DNA from: Vicinamibacterales bacterium
GTDB lineage: Bacteria; Acidobacteriota; Vicinamibacteria; Vicinamibacterales; UBA2999
Assembly (NCBI GenBank): GCA_965262505.1
Contig: CBDHFM010000030.1
Span: 3,237,722-3,301,721 of the forward strand
Reading direction: 5' to 3'
DNA length: 64,000 nt
Position numbers and translations under genes: made by a program. Every line of letters begins with the position of its first letter. Within the stretch, counting starts at the first letter, position 1. The notes under the pieces were generated by a model. That model was not told where the DNA came from. It made no database searches and worked only from the letters and a program-made list of their open reading frames with translations. This document shows positions 10,867 through 21,204 of the stretch, piece after piece.

Positions 10867-11598
10867 ATGCCAGACGAGAACACTCGCACCGATGCGCGGT
10901 ATGTCGAGCGCGACACCGAGCGAACGATCCGCCATCGGAACAAGGGGTACTACCGCGTTCTGCACTGGCCGATCTGGATCTTCGTGTTCTTCATCGCGCC
11001 GGGGCCGCTGACGTTCGATCTCTTCGAGCGCGGCTTCGACCGGCGCACACTCGCCTGGTTGGTCGTGGTGCTGTGTGCCACAGCGGTGGCGGGGTTGCGG
11101 GGCCGCCTGCCGGGATGCGAGCCCAAGCCTTACATCATCCGGTTCACCGAGGATCGGCCGAACCCGCTGTACCGGCGCGTCTGTTACACGGCGGCCTGGG
11201 GCGAAGTCGTTGCGTTTGCCGCCCTCAACACGGCGGGCCTGGCCTACGCGGTGGCGACCGGCGAGTGGCAGCTGAAGCAGATGTACGACCTCGCCTATTT
11301 TCCGATTGCCGGCAGCCTGTGGATGCTCGGCGCGCTGGGACATCTTCCCCGCGTCAAGGCCTCGACGCAGGGAGAGGGTCACGAGCGGCGGTACTTCTAT
11401 GGGTCGGTCTGGGCCGTGACGATCGCCCAGCCGGTGCTCTGGACGATGTGGAAGGTCCTGCCGGCGACCCGCGCGGGCGATATAGCGAAGCTGGCGATCT
11501 TCGTCGGCATCCTCACCTACGTCGGCCGCCTGTCGCGCCTCGGACTCCTGCCGCGCACCCGGCCGATCGTGCCAGGGGAACTGGCGGTTTCTGATTGA
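10867..11598 (+). CDS. Integral membrane protein, function unknown
   Basis: 243 aa with several hydrophobic helices (WPIWIFVFFIAPG, LAWLVVVLCATAVAGL, and others) and strong GC3 bias. The long antisense ORF is rejected. Confidence 0.7.
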   Translation: MPDENTRTDARYVERDTERTIRHRNKGYYRVLHWPIWIFVFFIAPGPLTFDLFERGFDRRTLAWLVVVLCATAVAGLRGRLPGCEPKPYIIRFTEDRPNPLYRRVCYTAAWGEVVAFAALNTAGLAYAVATGEWQLKQMYDLAYFPIAGSLWMLGALGHLPRVKASTQGEGHERRYFYGSVWAVTIAQPVLWTMWKVLPATRAGDIAKLAIFVGILTYVGRLSRLGLLPRTRPIVPGELAVSD

Positions 11599-12410
11599 CT
11601 CACGCGCACCATTCCCCACTGTTGGCCAAGAAACCAGGTAGCGAAGGCTACGCCGGCTGGGACGAGTACGCCCCGTTCTACGACTGGGAGAACGCGCGGA
11701 CGCTCGGCCGCCGCGACGTGCCCTTCTGGCGCGCCGCTGCTCTGGCGGCTGGCGGCCCGGTGCTCGAGCTCGGGTGCGGCACGGGCCGCCTCGCCGTGCC
11801 CCTCGGTCGTGCCGGCGTGCGGCTGGTCGGCATCGATCGCTCGTATCCGATGCTGGCCTTGGCGCGGCGGCGGGTGGCGCGCGCACGCCTCACGAGACAG
11901 GTGGGGTTGGTCCGTGGCGACATCCGGGCCGCGCCGTTTCCAGATGCCGCTCTTGCGATGGCGATGGCTCCCTACGGCGTGCTGCAGTCGCTCCTGCGCG
12001 AACGGGACCTGGCCGCCACCCTGGACTCGGTGCGCCGCGTGCTCCGTCACGGGGCGGCCTTCGGCGTCGAACTCGTGGCGGACCTGCCCTCCTGGGGCGA
12101 GTATCAGAAGCGCGTCAGCCTCAAGGGGTGGAGGCATCGTCGCGGAGGCGCGCACATCACGCTCGTGGAAACCGTACGGCAGGATCGTGCGAGGCACCTC
12201 ACGATCTTCGACCAGGAGTTCACCGAACGACGCGGGCATCAGCGCCGCTCGCGGCGCTTTGCGCTCACGTTCAGGACGCTTTCGGTGCCCCAGATGGCCC
12301 GCCGGCTCGAGAAGGCCGGCTTCGAGATCACCGCACTCCTCGGCGACTATCGCGGCGGTCCGTGGCATTCCGGGGCCGAGGCCTGGATCATCCTCGCCCG
12401 TCGACGATAG
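11595..12410 (+). CDS. Class I SAM-dependent methyltransferase
   Basis: Motif I is VLELGCGTGRLAVPL, followed by an acidic loop VGIDRS. Confidence 0.8.
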   Translation: MTHAHHSPLLAKKPGSEGYAGWDEYAPFYDWENARTLGRRDVPFWRAAALAAGGPVLELGCGTGRLAVPLGRAGVRLVGIDRSYPMLALARRRVARARLTRQVGLVRGDIRAAPFPDAALAMAMAPYGVLQSLLRERDLAATLDSVRRVLRHGAAFGVELVADLPSWGEYQKRVSLKGWRHRRGGAHITLVETVRQDRARHLTIFDQEFTERRGHQRRSRRFALTFRTLSVPQMARRLEKAGFEITALLGDYRGGPWHSGAEAWIILARRR

Positions 12411-12483
12411 ATCGAGCGGTCCGACGACGCAGGCGATCTGGTAGAATCGTGCTTACTTTCCCCAATTTATCTGGAGTTTTCGC

Positions 12484-13233
12484 ATGTCAGGCCATTCCAA
12501 GTGGGCCACGATCAAGCATAAAAAGGGTGCCGCCGACGCCAAACGCGGAAAGGTTTTCACGCGCATCATCAAGGAATTGACGGTCGCGGCGCGCCACGGC
12601 GGCGGCGATCCCGAGATGAATCCCCGCCTGCGCACGGTTGTCGCGGACGCGAAAGCGAACAACATGCCTCGCGAGAACATCGATCGTGCGATTCGCCGCG
12701 GGACGGGCGAAGAGCCCGGCGTCACGTACGACGAAATCACCTACGAGGGCTACGGCCCCGGGGGCGTCGCGCTACTAATCGAAACGCTCACCGACAACAA
12801 GAACCGCACGGTCGGGGAGATTCGCCATCTCCTCGACAAACACGCAGGAAACCTGGCTGCCGAGAACAGCGTGGCCTGGATGTTCTCCCGCAAAGGCCAG
12901 ATCTTCGTCGAAAAAGGCAAGATCGACGAGGACAAGCTTCTGTCGGCGGTGCTCGACGCGGGGGCCGACGACATGAATGACGACGAGGGCGGCTGGGAAA
13001 TCGTGTGCGCGCCCGAGCGCTTCGAGGCCGTGCGCGACGCCGTCAAGGCGCTTGGCGTCGAGCCCGGAAGCGCGGCGGTCGCAATGGTCCCGCAGAGCTA
13101 CATCAAGCTCGTGGGCCGGGAAGCGCAGCAGATGCTGAAGCTGATGGAGGCCATCGAGGATAACGACGACGTCCAGCACGCCTGGGCCAACTTCGACGTG
13201 GAGGAGAAGGAGATCGAGGCCTCTCTCGCGTGA
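12484..13233 (+). CDS. yebC: YebC/PmpR-family transcriptional regulator
   Basis: N-terminus MSGHSKWATIKHKKGAADAKRGKVFTRIIKE is diagnostic. It sits upstream of ruvC as in many bacteria. Confidence 0.95.
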   Translation: MSGHSKWATIKHKKGAADAKRGKVFTRIIKELTVAARHGGGDPEMNPRLRTVVADAKANNMPRENIDRAIRRGTGEEPGVTYDEITYEGYGPGGVALLIETLTDNKNRTVGEIRHLLDKHAGNLAAENSVAWMFSRKGQIFVEKGKIDEDKLLSAVLDAGADDMNDDEGGWEIVCAPERFEAVRDAVKALGVEPGSAAVAMVPQSYIKLVGREAQQMLKLMEAIEDNDDVQHAWANFDVEEKEIEASLA

Positions 13234-13802
13234 GGATTTTCGGCATCGATCCTGGCTCCGAGCGCACCGGCTACGGCTGCCTGGAGGCGGACGGCGGCGT
13301 GATGCGCCTCGTGACCTGCGGTGCCGTCAGCGCCCTCGCGGGGGATGCCTTTCCCGAGCGCCTGGCGCGCATTCATCGGGAGCTCTCGGCGCTGCTGATC
13401 AGTTGCGGCCCGGATTGCGTCGCCATTGAAAGCCTGTTTCACGCGGTCAACGTCCGCAGCGCGCTCAAGCTCGCTCACGCGCGCGGCGTGGCGATGCTTG
13501 CGGCGGTCGAAGCAGGTTGTCCGGTCGTGGAGTACACGCCGGCGGAGATCAAGCGTGCCGTCGTCGGCTACGGCCGCGCTGAAAAGCACCAGGTGCAGCA
13601 GATGATCAAGCTGTTGCTGGGCCTCGATCAGCCGCCGTCGCCGCACGACGCCGCCGACGCCCTGGCCGTCGCGATCTGCCATCTGCATTCGGTGCCCGGT
13701 TATGCGGGAGCGGACCTGAAGGCCCCGGGCTATGAGGATGCCGTATCGCGCCAGCCGCGGCCGAGGACCTGGCGGCAGTACCGTCCTCCGACTACCGGAT
13801 GA
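13230..13802 (+). CDS. ruvC: Holliday junction resolvase RuvC
   Basis: MRIFGIDPGSERTGYG..., EYTPAEIKRAVVGYGRAEKHQV and HDAADALAVAICH. Confidence 0.93.
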   Translation: MRIFGIDPGSERTGYGCLEADGGVMRLVTCGAVSALAGDAFPERLARIHRELSALLISCGPDCVAIESLFHAVNVRSALKLAHARGVAMLAAVEAGCPVVEYTPAEIKRAVVGYGRAEKHQVQQMIKLLLGLDQPPSPHDAADALAVAICHLHSVPGYAGADLKAPGYEDAVSRQPRPRTWRQYRPPTTG

Positions 13803-14401
13803 TTGCGTTCCTTCGCGGACGGGTCCTCGACAAACAGCCAAATGTGCTCATCGTGGACGTCCAGGGCGTGGGCTATGAAGTGCATGTGCCACTGTCCACG
13901 TACTACGACGTTGGCGACGCAGGAGCCGACGTCGCGCTTCGCATCTACACGCACGTTCGCGAAGAGGCGTTCCACCTCTACGGATTCCTGACGACGATCG
14001 AGCAGCAACTGTTCGAACGGCTGATTACGATTAGCGGGATCGGACCCAAGCTGGCCATCGCCGTGCTGTCGGGCATCGAGCCGCGTGACCTTATCGGCGC
14101 GGTGCAGCGGGGCGATATCGCGCGACTGACGGGCATTCCTGGCGTTGGGCGCAAGACGGCCGAGCGGATGATCCTCGAGTTGAAAGATCGCCTGGCACAG
14201 TTGGACGTGACCTCGGGCGCAGGAGAACCCGTGTCCGCGGCTCCAGGCGAACGGCTTCGCGACGATGTCCTCTCGGCGCTTCAGAACCTGGGCTATCATC
14301 GGCCGCTGGCTGAGAAGGCTGTCGACTCCATGCTGTCATCCACCAGCGAGCCAAGCTTCGAGCAGGCGCTCAAGGCCACTCTGCGGGAACTGATGCGATA
14401 A
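13799..14401 (+). CDS. ruvA: Holliday junction branch migration protein RuvA
   Basis: MIAFLRGRVL..., HhH motifs ISGIGPKLA and IPGVGRKTAERM. Confidence 0.93.
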   Translation: MIAFLRGRVLDKQPNVLIVDVQGVGYEVHVPLSTYYDVGDAGADVALRIYTHVREEAFHLYGFLTTIEQQLFERLITISGIGPKLAIAVLSGIEPRDLIGAVQRGDIARLTGIPGVGRKTAERMILELKDRLAQLDVTSGAGEPVSAAPGERLRDDVLSALQNLGYHRPLAEKAVDSMLSSTSEPSFEQALKATLRELMR

Positions 14402-14437
14402 CACGGGTCAAAGTCCTTTACCCTTTGACTGTGGCCT

Positions 14438-15454
14438 ATGACTGACCGATTGGTGGCCGGCGGACGCGTCGAGGAAGACGCCCAGTACGAAGCCGGGCTG
14501 CGCCCGCGCTCGCTCAATGAGTACATCGGACAAGATCGCGTTCGCGACAATCTCGAAGTCTCGATCGCGGCGGCGCGCGGCCGAGTCGAAGCGCTCGATC
14601 ACGTGCTGCTCTACGGACCGCCGGGACTGGGAAAAACGACCCTCGCGTACGTCATCGGCAACGAGATGGGTGTGTCGGTGCGCGCCACAGCAGGGCCGGC
14701 CATCGAGAAGCAAGGCGATCTGGCGGCAATGCTGACGAACCTGCAGGAGCACGAAGTGCTGTTCATTGACGAGATTCACCGGTTACCGCCGGCGATCGAG
14801 GAGATCCTGTACCCGGCCATGGAGGACTACGAGCTCGACATTGTCATCGGGCAAGGTCCGAGCGCGCGGTCCGTCAAGGTGCCCGTGCAACGCTTCACCC
14901 TGATCGGCGCCACGACCCGCGCGGGCCTTCTGACCTCTCCGCTGCGCTCCCGCTTCGGCATCGTGCACCGCCTGGATTTTTATGAGGCCGCTGACGTCGA
15001 AGAGATCGTCCGCCGTTCCGCGAGGATCCTTGGGGTGGTGATCGACGACGAGGCGAGGAAGGAGGTAGGGCAACGGTCACGCGGGACGCCCCGGATCGCC
15101 AACCGCCTGCTACGACGCGTCCGGGACTACGCGCAGGTGCGTGCGGACGGCCACATTACGGCCGACGTCGCGCGCGCGGCGATGGAACTGCTCGAGGTGG
15201 ATGATCTGGGCTTCGACGAAGTCGATCGCAAACTGCTGCGGACGATCATCGAAAAGTTCAGCGGCGGGCCGGTCGGCGTCAACAGCTTGGCCGCGGCCGT
15301 CAGTGAGGAGAAGGATGCGATCGAGGATATCTACGAGCCGTTCCTGATTCAGGCGGGCTTTCTCGACCGGACGCCGCGCGGACGCATCGCCACCGCACGG
15401 GCGTACGAATACTTTGGGCTCACCGCTCCCCGGAAGGATTCTCAGCTGTGGTAA
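14438..15454 (+). CDS. ruvB: Holliday junction DNA helicase RuvB
   Basis: [12 protein letters not shown], Walker [22 protein letters not shown] and [16 protein letters not shown]. Confidence 0.95.
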   Translation: MTDRLVAGGRVEEDAQYEAGLRPRSLNEYIGQDRVRDNLEVSIAAARGRVEALDHVLLYGPPGLGKTTLAYVIGNEMGVSVRATAGPAIEKQGDLAAMLTNLQEHEVLFIDEIHRLPPAIEEILYPAMEDYELDIVIGQGPSARSVKVPVQRFTLIGATTRAGLLTSPLRSRFGIVHRLDFYEAADVEEIVRRSARILGVVIDDEARKEVGQRSRGTPRIANRLLRRVRDYAQVRADGHITADVARAAMELLEVDDLGFDEVDRKLLRTIIEKFSGGPVGVNSLAAAVSEEKDAIEDIYEPFLIQAGFLDRTPRGRIATARAYEYFGLTAPRKDSQLW

Positions 15455-16473
15455 CCACTCCGCCGGCACGCCGCGCTCACGCGTGCATCTCCAGCATCGC
15501 CGGCTACGTGCCGCCGCGGGTGCTCACCAATGCCGACCTCGAGAAACTGGTCGACACCAGCGACGAATGGATCATGCAGCGTGTGGGCATCCGGGAGCGG
15601 CACGTCGTCGACCCTGGAGTGGCCACCTCCGATCTCGCAACGGAAGCATCGCTGTCGGCGATCCAGAAGGCCGGCCTGACACCTGACGATATCGACTTCA
15701 TCATTGTCGCGACCACGACACCTGACACGTTGTTTCCCAGCACCGCCTGCGTCTTGCAGGCGAAAATCGGCGCTTCCCATGCCTGGGGCTACGACCTTGT
15801 CGCCGCCTGCTCGGGGTTTACGTACGCGCTGACGACGGCGTCGCAGATCGTGGCGGCCGGCGGTAGCCGGCACGCACTGGTAGTCGGTGCGGACGTGATG
15901 TCCAGCATCATCGACTACACCGACCGCACGACCTGCGTGTTGTTCGGCGATGGGGCCGGCGCCGTGGTTGTCGAGCCCAGCGATGACGACTCGATCGGCA
16001 TCATCGATTTCGAACATTACGTGGACGGCACTGGCGGTCCCGCGCTCTGCATGCCTGCGGGAGGCAGTCGGATGCCTGCGTCCCTCGAGACCGTGGAACA
16101 GCGCCTGCACTACGTGAAGCAGGATGGCCAGGCGGTGTTCAAGTTCGCGGTCCGCAACATGGAAGAGGTCTGCCGCCGGATTCTTGAGCGTAACCGCCTC
16201 TCGGCGGAACAGGTCGATCTGTTCGTTCCGCATCAGGCGAGCAGCCGCATCATCATAGCGGCGGCTGAGAAGCTCGGCCTGCCGCGTGAAAAGGTCGTGA
16301 TCAATATCGATCGGCTGGGAAACACCACGGCCGGCACGATTCCGCTGGCACTCGACGAAGCCGTCGAAGCGGGCCGTCTCAAGCGCGGTGATCTCGTCCT
16401 GCTGGCATCGGTTGGGGCCGGCTTCACGGTAGGTGGCGTGCTCCTGACGTGGGGACTCACGCACACGACGTAG
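15448..16473 (+). CDS. fabH: 3-oxoacyl-ACP synthase III (KAS III)
   Basis: Active-site region [10 protein letters not shown], then VPHQAS and GNTTAGTIP. The GTG start overlaps the ruvB stop. Confidence 0.9.
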   Translation: MVTTPPARRAHACISSIAGYVPPRVLTNADLEKLVDTSDEWIMQRVGIRERHVVDPGVATSDLATEASLSAIQKAGLTPDDIDFIIVATTTPDTLFPSTACVLQAKIGASHAWGYDLVAACSGFTYALTTASQIVAAGGSRHALVVGADVMSSIIDYTDRTTCVLFGDGAGAVVVEPSDDDSIGIIDFEHYVDGTGGPALCMPAGGSRMPASLETVEQRLHYVKQDGQAVFKFAVRNMEEVCRRILERNRLSAEQVDLFVPHQASSRIIIAAAEKLGLPREKVVINIDRLGNTTAGTIPLALDEAVEAGRLKRGDLVLLASVGAGFTVGGVLLTWGLTHTT

Positions 16474-16518
16474 GTCGAAGTCGAAGGTCACGGGTCGAAG
16501 GTCAAGAACCACCGGCTG

Positions 16519-17544
16519 GTGGTCGTCGCGGCCGGACACTGTTCTGACACAGAACCGATACGACCGGTTCCAGAATTGACGCGCACATCCAGGATTCTCA
16601 TTCCAGCCGACGTCGACAACGCGACGCTGACGGTTGCCGGTCACGAGGTGCGCCTGACGAACCTGCAGAAGCCGTTCTGGCCGGAACTCGGAATCACGAA
16701 GGGCACGCTGCTCCAGTACTATTCGGATGTGGGGCCCGTGTTGCTTCCACACATCCGCGACCGCGCGATGGTAATGAAGCGCTATCCCCAAGGCGCGACA
16801 GGTCCATTCTTCTTCATGAAGCGGGCGCCGACGCCGCGTCCAGACTGGATCCGGACGTGCGCGATCGAGCACGAGTCTGGCAACGCGATCGATTTTCCCG
16901 TCATCAACGACCTGCCGTCGCTGCTCTGGGTCATCAATCTCGGGTGCATCGATTTGAATCAGTGGTACGCGAAATGCGACGATGTCGATCGGCCGGACTT
17001 CGTGCACTTCGACCTTGACCCTGGCGAGGGCGCGACGTTCGAGCAGGTGCGTGAGTGCGCGCTGATCGTCCGGGATGCGCTCGAGACGCTCGGCATGAAG
17101 CCGCTCGTTAAGACAAGCGGATCCAGGGGCATGCATGTCTACGTCCCGATCGTTCGCGGGCCGGTGCAGAAGGCTGTCTGGATGTTCGCCAAGGCGCTCG
17201 CGGTGGAGCTGGTGTCGCGCCATCCGGCCTTGATGACCTCCGAGTACCGCCTGGCGAAGCGGCCAAGGGGACGCGTCCTCGTCGACTACAACCAGAACAG
17301 GTGGGGAAGCACGCTCGCCAGCGTCTATTCCGTGCGTCCGCGACCGCTGGCCACGGTGTCGACACCGCTGACATGGAGCGAAGTGGCCGGTCGCGCGAGA
17401 ACCGAGGCCTTCCGGATCGACAATGTCCCGGCACGCGTGCGGGCGCGGGGTGATCTGTGGAAGCCGCTGCTGCTCGCGCGTGGTCGCACCGACCTCGATA
17501 AATTCCTTCAGGGCAAACGGCGGGGGTCCAAGGTCAGATCATGA
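16519..17544 (+). CDS. LigD-type primase-polymerase domain protein (NHEJ); start uncertain
   Basis: LTNLQKPFWPE..., KRYPQG..., FFFMKRAP, VHFDLDPG and KTSGSRGMHVYVPI are typical of the LigD Pol domain. Confidence 0.8.
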   Translation: MVVAAGHCSDTEPIRPVPELTRTSRILIPADVDNATLTVAGHEVRLTNLQKPFWPELGITKGTLLQYYSDVGPVLLPHIRDRAMVMKRYPQGATGPFFFMKRAPTPRPDWIRTCAIEHESGNAIDFPVINDLPSLLWVINLGCIDLNQWYAKCDDVDRPDFVHFDLDPGEGATFEQVRECALIVRDALETLGMKPLVKTSGSRGMHVYVPIVRGPVQKAVWMFAKALAVELVSRHPALMTSEYRLAKRPRGRVLVDYNQNRWGSTLASVYSVRPRPLATVSTPLTWSEVAGRARTEAFRIDNVPARVRARGDLWKPLLLARGRTDLDKFLQGKRRGSKVRS

Positions 17545-18743
17545 TGGCCCGCGACTTCGATTTCGATCTTCCCGATGAGCTGATTGCGCAGGAGCCGCCG
17601 ACCATGAGGGGCGATTCGCGCCTGCTCGTGTTGCATCGAGACAGCGGACAGGTCGAGCACACAGTCTTTTCGCACCTTGCCGACTATCTGCGCTGCGGCG
17701 ATCTTCTGGTTCTGAACAATACGAAAGTGTTTCCGGCGCGCCTGCTGGGGCATCGCCTACCAGGTGGTGGGGCTGTCGAATGCCTGTTGATTCGCCAGCT
17801 CCCGACTCCACAACATGGGGCGCGAAACGCCCTGCCCGCCACGGGCAGCGATGGCGCCACGAGGGCGCGATCGGAGACCGGGAAACTGGGCGTTCAGGAG
17901 CCGGGCGTTGAGAAATTGGACGCTGAGGAGCCGATAGTTCAGGGGTGTGGCGCTAGGAGTTCGGTCTGGTGGGAAGCCCTCATGCATCCTGGCCAAAGGC
18001 TGAGGCCGGGAACCCGGGTCGTATTCAAGGGCGCCGGTGTGCGGCTGCACGGCGAGGTCCTCGCCAGACACTTTCAGGGCCGCCGGACGATACGGCTGTG
18101 GGCCGACGGAAGCGTCGACGTCACCCGCGCCATCGACCGCATCGGCCACGTGCCGCTGCCGCCCTACATCAAGCGCGAGGACCGCCTGTCCGATCGCGAT
18201 CGTTATCAGACGATCTATGCCCGCGAGCGCGGGTCGATCGCCGCGCCGACAGCCGGCCTGCACTTCACTGAGGGCGTGCTCGACAGCCTGGCGTCGCTGG
18301 GCGTCGAACGCTCGGAACTCACACTCCACGTCGGCTATGGCACGTTCAAGCCGATTCGCAGCGAACAGGTCGAAGATCACGTCGTTGACGCGGAGACATG
18401 CGTTGTGCCGGCGGATACCGCCGCGGCGCTCACGCGGGCGCGGAGCGAGGGGCGCCGAATCATTGCCGTCGGGACGACCACCGTGCGCGCGCTGGAGTCG
18501 TTGACGGTTCAGGAAGACGGCCGCATCAAGCCATCGACGGCGGACGCGCAGCTGTTCATCCGGCCGGGCCACGAGTTCCGTATTGGCGATGGCCTCATCA
18601 CGAATTTCCATCTGCCGCGTTCGTCGCTCCTCCTGCTCGTGGCTGCATTCGCGGGCCGCGAACGGATCCTCCAGACGTACCGCGAGGCGGTCGCTCAGGG
18701 GTACCGCTTCTACAGCTACGGTGATGCGATGGCGATCCTGTAA
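17541..18743 (+). CDS. queA: S-adenosylmethionine:tRNA ribosyltransferase-isomerase, carrying an extra ~50-aa insert
   Basis: FDFDLPDELIAQEP, LLVLNNTKVFPARL, PLPPYIKR, AAPTAGLHFT, VGTTTVRALES and NFHLPRSSLL. It is 400 aa, longer than the roughly 340-350 aa I recall as usual. Confidence 0.9.
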   Translation: MMARDFDFDLPDELIAQEPPTMRGDSRLLVLHRDSGQVEHTVFSHLADYLRCGDLLVLNNTKVFPARLLGHRLPGGGAVECLLIRQLPTPQHGARNALPATGSDGATRARSETGKLGVQEPGVEKLDAEEPIVQGCGARSSVWWEALMHPGQRLRPGTRVVFKGAGVRLHGEVLARHFQGRRTIRLWADGSVDVTRAIDRIGHVPLPPYIKREDRLSDRDRYQTIYARERGSIAAPTAGLHFTEGVLDSLASLGVERSELTLHVGYGTFKPIRSEQVEDHVVDAETCVVPADTAAALTRARSEGRRIIAVGTTTVRALESLTVQEDGRIKPSTADAQLFIRPGHEFRIGDGLITNFHLPRSSLLLLVAAFAGRERILQTYREAVAQGYRFYSYGDAMAIL

Positions 18744-18746
18744 CGT

Positions 18747-19700
18747 ATGCGCATGCCATTCCCCTACGAAGAGTTCGATCTGTCAGGCGTGCACACGTAT
18801 CCGCTGGCGTCCAGGGCCAGCAAGGCGCGGATCGAGGATTTTGCTCGGCCGGTGGAGCGCGGTGTTAGCTTCAAGGACTGGTTCAACTCGTTGCCGGCCA
18901 TCCTTGGTGCCCGGGATCTAAGGCGCGTTGCGCAGGCGGTAGTCGACGCGCGGGCCCGCGATGGCGGCATCGTCTGGGGCCTTGGTGCCCACGTCATCAA
19001 GACCGGCGTGTCGCCGGTGCTGATCGAGTTGATGCGCCGCGGTTTCGTGTCGGCGGTGGCGCTCAACGGCGCCGGCATCATCCACGACTTCGAAGTCGCG
19101 CTCTCCGGCGCCACGTCCGAGGACGTGGAGGAATCGCTTGGGCCGGGCCGCTTCGGGATGGCCGAGGAGACGGGCGTCCTGCTGAACGACGCGATTCGTC
19201 TCGGAGCCGAGCGCGGGCAGGGCCTCGGTCAAGCGGTCGCGGCGTTCCTCTCCGAGCGCAACCCTCCACATGCGGATCGAAGTCTCGCCGTGGCCGCGCA
19301 TCGCCTGGGGATTCCGATGACCGTCCACGTGGCGATCGGCACCGACGTCATCCATATGCATCACGCCGCCTCGGGCGCGGCCATTGGCGAAACGAGCCTC
19401 CGCGACTTCCGGTTCTTCACCTCGTGCGTTGCCCGCCTCCGTGGCGGCGTGTACCTGAACTGCGGATCAGCAGTGGTACTGCCAGAGGTTTTCCTGAAGG
19501 CCGTGGCGCTCGCCCGCAACCAGGGCATCGCGCTCGACGGACTGACGACCGTGAACATCGACTTTCTTCGGATGTACCGGCCGCACGCCAACGTGGTGAC
19601 GCGGCCCGTTGCCGGCACCGGGGGCACTGGGATTTCACTTGTCGGCCACCACGAGGTACTGATCCCGCTGCTGGCGGCGGCCATCATCGAGGCCGAGTAG
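18747..19700 (+). CDS. Conserved hypothetical, deoxyhypusine-synthase-like fold suspected
   Basis: 317 aa with good GC3 bias. The pattern ...IVWGLGAHVIKTGVSPVLIELMRRGFVSAVALNGAGIIHDFE... resembles DHS-like proteins. The assignment rests on memory only. Confidence 0.4.
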   Translation: MRMPFPYEEFDLSGVHTYPLASRASKARIEDFARPVERGVSFKDWFNSLPAILGARDLRRVAQAVVDARARDGGIVWGLGAHVIKTGVSPVLIELMRRGFVSAVALNGAGIIHDFEVALSGATSEDVEESLGPGRFGMAEETGVLLNDAIRLGAERGQGLGQAVAAFLSERNPPHADRSLAVAAHRLGIPMTVHVAIGTDVIHMHHAASGAAIGETSLRDFRFFTSCVARLRGGVYLNCGSAVVLPEVFLKAVALARNQGIALDGLTTVNIDFLRMYRPHANVVTRPVAGTGGTGISLVGHHEVLIPLLAAAIIEAE

Positions 19701-19774
19701 GACTCCGGCCTCGCGCGCAGGCCCCGAGCTAATCGAGGCCCGAGGCCCGGGCCCTGTTAGAATTACAGGTTCGG

Positions 19775-19851
19775 GCCGGAGTAGCTCAGCCGGTTAGAGC
19801 ACGCGTCTCATAAGCGCGGGGTCGGCGGTTCGAGTCCGCCCTCCGGCACCA
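19775..19851 (+). tRNA. tRNA with CAT anticodon (elongator Met, or Ile2 if lysidine-modified), CCA encoded
   Basis: Cloverleaf reads gccggag-ta-gctc agccggtta gagc-a-cgcgt ctCATaa gcgcg-gggtc-ggcgg ttcgagt ccgcc-ctccggc-a-cca. Confidence 0.9.
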
Positions 19852-19869
19852 ACATCGATTCCAAGAGGC

Positions 19870-19956
19870 TCCCATAGATTCCTGTAAGTAAATGTAAATT
19901 AATGATTAAATGAACATGTTGCTGCTTGACAGTTCCAGCCGATTCCCATAGATTCC
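19870..19956 (+). repeat. Two 13-bp direct repeats TCCCATAGATTCC flanking an AT-rich stretch between the tRNA and the integrase
   Basis: Copies at 19870-19882 and 19944-19956. The position fits integrase arm sites or an int promoter. Confidence 0.6.
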
Positions 19957-19989
19957 ACGACACAACGTTGGTCAATTCGTGGGGATAGA

Positions 19990-21171
19990 ATGGGAAAGCT
20001 CACGGCGATCCAGGTGCAATCACTTTCGGCACTTGGCCTGCACGGCGACGGCGGCACGCTGTATCTGCGGGTGGCGCCCGGCGGATCGAAGTCGTGGATT
20101 CAGCGGGTCACCGTCAACGGTCGGCGGCGCGACATCGGTCTTGGTGGGTGGCCCGTCGCCTCCCTCGCAAAGGCTCGCGAACGAGCGTTCGCCAACCGCG
20201 TTGCCATCGCTAACGGTCAGGATCCGCTCGCCGAGAAGCACCGCACCAGGGTGCCCACCTTTCGCGAGGCCGCGGAACGCACGTTCGAAGCGAACCGGGC
20301 GCGATGGCGGAACAACAAGACCACGGCCAACTGGATGCAGGGCATGGAGAAGCGTGTGTTTCCAGTGCTCGGCGATCAGCGCGTGGATCAAGTCGGCCGC
20401 GAGGATGTGCTCCGCGTCCTGACGCCAATCTGGACCGCCAAGCCCGAGGTAGCGAGAAAGCTCCGGCAGCGCATCCGGGCAACACTGCGATGGTGTCAGG
20501 CCCATGGCTTCATCGAGCACAACGTCGCTGGCGAGGCCATTGACGGCGCCCTACCGGCCATGCCGGCGGTGCGGGACCACTTTCGGGCGCTGCCCTATCG
20601 TGAGGTCGGGGCGGCGCTCGAAGTCACTGGAGGATCGAGGGCGTCGCTGGCGGCGAAGGCGTGTCTTCGGTTCGTAGTGCTCACCGCCTGCCGGTCGGGA
20701 GAGGCGAGGAACGCACGGTGGGCTGAGATCGATGGCGAGGCCCGCGAGTGGCGTATCCCGGCGTCGAGGATGAAGGGAGGCGCCGAGCACCGGGTTCCGC
20801 TCTCTGACGCGGTGATGACCCTGCTGGAGATGGTCCGGCCCCTACGCGATCGATCGGACTTGGTGTTCCCGTCACCGACGAAGCTAGGCAAGCCGCTGTC
20901 TGACATGACACTGACGAAGGTGCTGCGGGACACGGGGCTCGCGGGGCGTACCGTGGTGCACGGGTTCCGCACGTCATTCCGGACCTGGGCAAGCGAGCGG
21001 ACCAGCGTGCCGCATGCGGTCGCCGAAATGGCACTAGCGCACACAGTCGGATCGGCCGTCGAGCGGAGTTACGCGAGATCGGACCTGTTCGGGAAGCGCC
21101 GCGGGCTAATGGACCAGTGGGCAGCGTACGTGACCGGCGGCAGCGCGACGGTGGTGCGCCTGCATGGTTGA
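19990..21171 (+). CDS. P4-type tyrosine integrase (DUF4102-like N-terminus plus catalytic domain)
   Basis: MGKLTAIQVQSL...GTLYLRVAPGGSKSWIQRVTVNGRRRDIGLG, then LTACRSGEARNARWAEID, HRVPLS, HGFRTSFRTWA and LAHTVGSAVERSY. It lies directly downstream of the tRNA. Confidence 0.92.
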   Translation: MGKLTAIQVQSLSALGLHGDGGTLYLRVAPGGSKSWIQRVTVNGRRRDIGLGGWPVASLAKARERAFANRVAIANGQDPLAEKHRTRVPTFREAAERTFEANRARWRNNKTTANWMQGMEKRVFPVLGDQRVDQVGREDVLRVLTPIWTAKPEVARKLRQRIRATLRWCQAHGFIEHNVAGEAIDGALPAMPAVRDHFRALPYREVGAALEVTGGSRASLAAKACLRFVVLTACRSGEARNARWAEIDGEAREWRIPASRMKGGAEHRVPLSDAVMTLLEMVRPLRDRSDLVFPSPTKLGKPLSDMTLTKVLRDTGLAGRTVVHGFRTSFRTWASERTSVPHAVAEMALAHTVGSAVERSYARSDLFGKRRGLMDQWAAYVTGGSATVVRLHG

Positions 21172-21204
21172 GCCGCAGGTTGTGCCTGACGAAGGTGCTC
21201 CCGA

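Noticed and set aside
10630-11886. 418-aa minus-strand ORF; likewise 15442-17223 (593 aa), 5121-6242 (373 aa), 31131-32399 (422 aa), 52280-53296 (338 aa), 57094-58110 (338 aa) and 59496-60437 (313 aa)
   Set aside because: These are Arg/Pro/Gly/Ala-rich shadow frames antisense to, or out of frame with, genes that have clear family motifs (membrane protein and methyltransferase, fabH and LigD-pol, istA, tnpA, Rep, IS ORFs). Such frames are typical of high-GC DNA.
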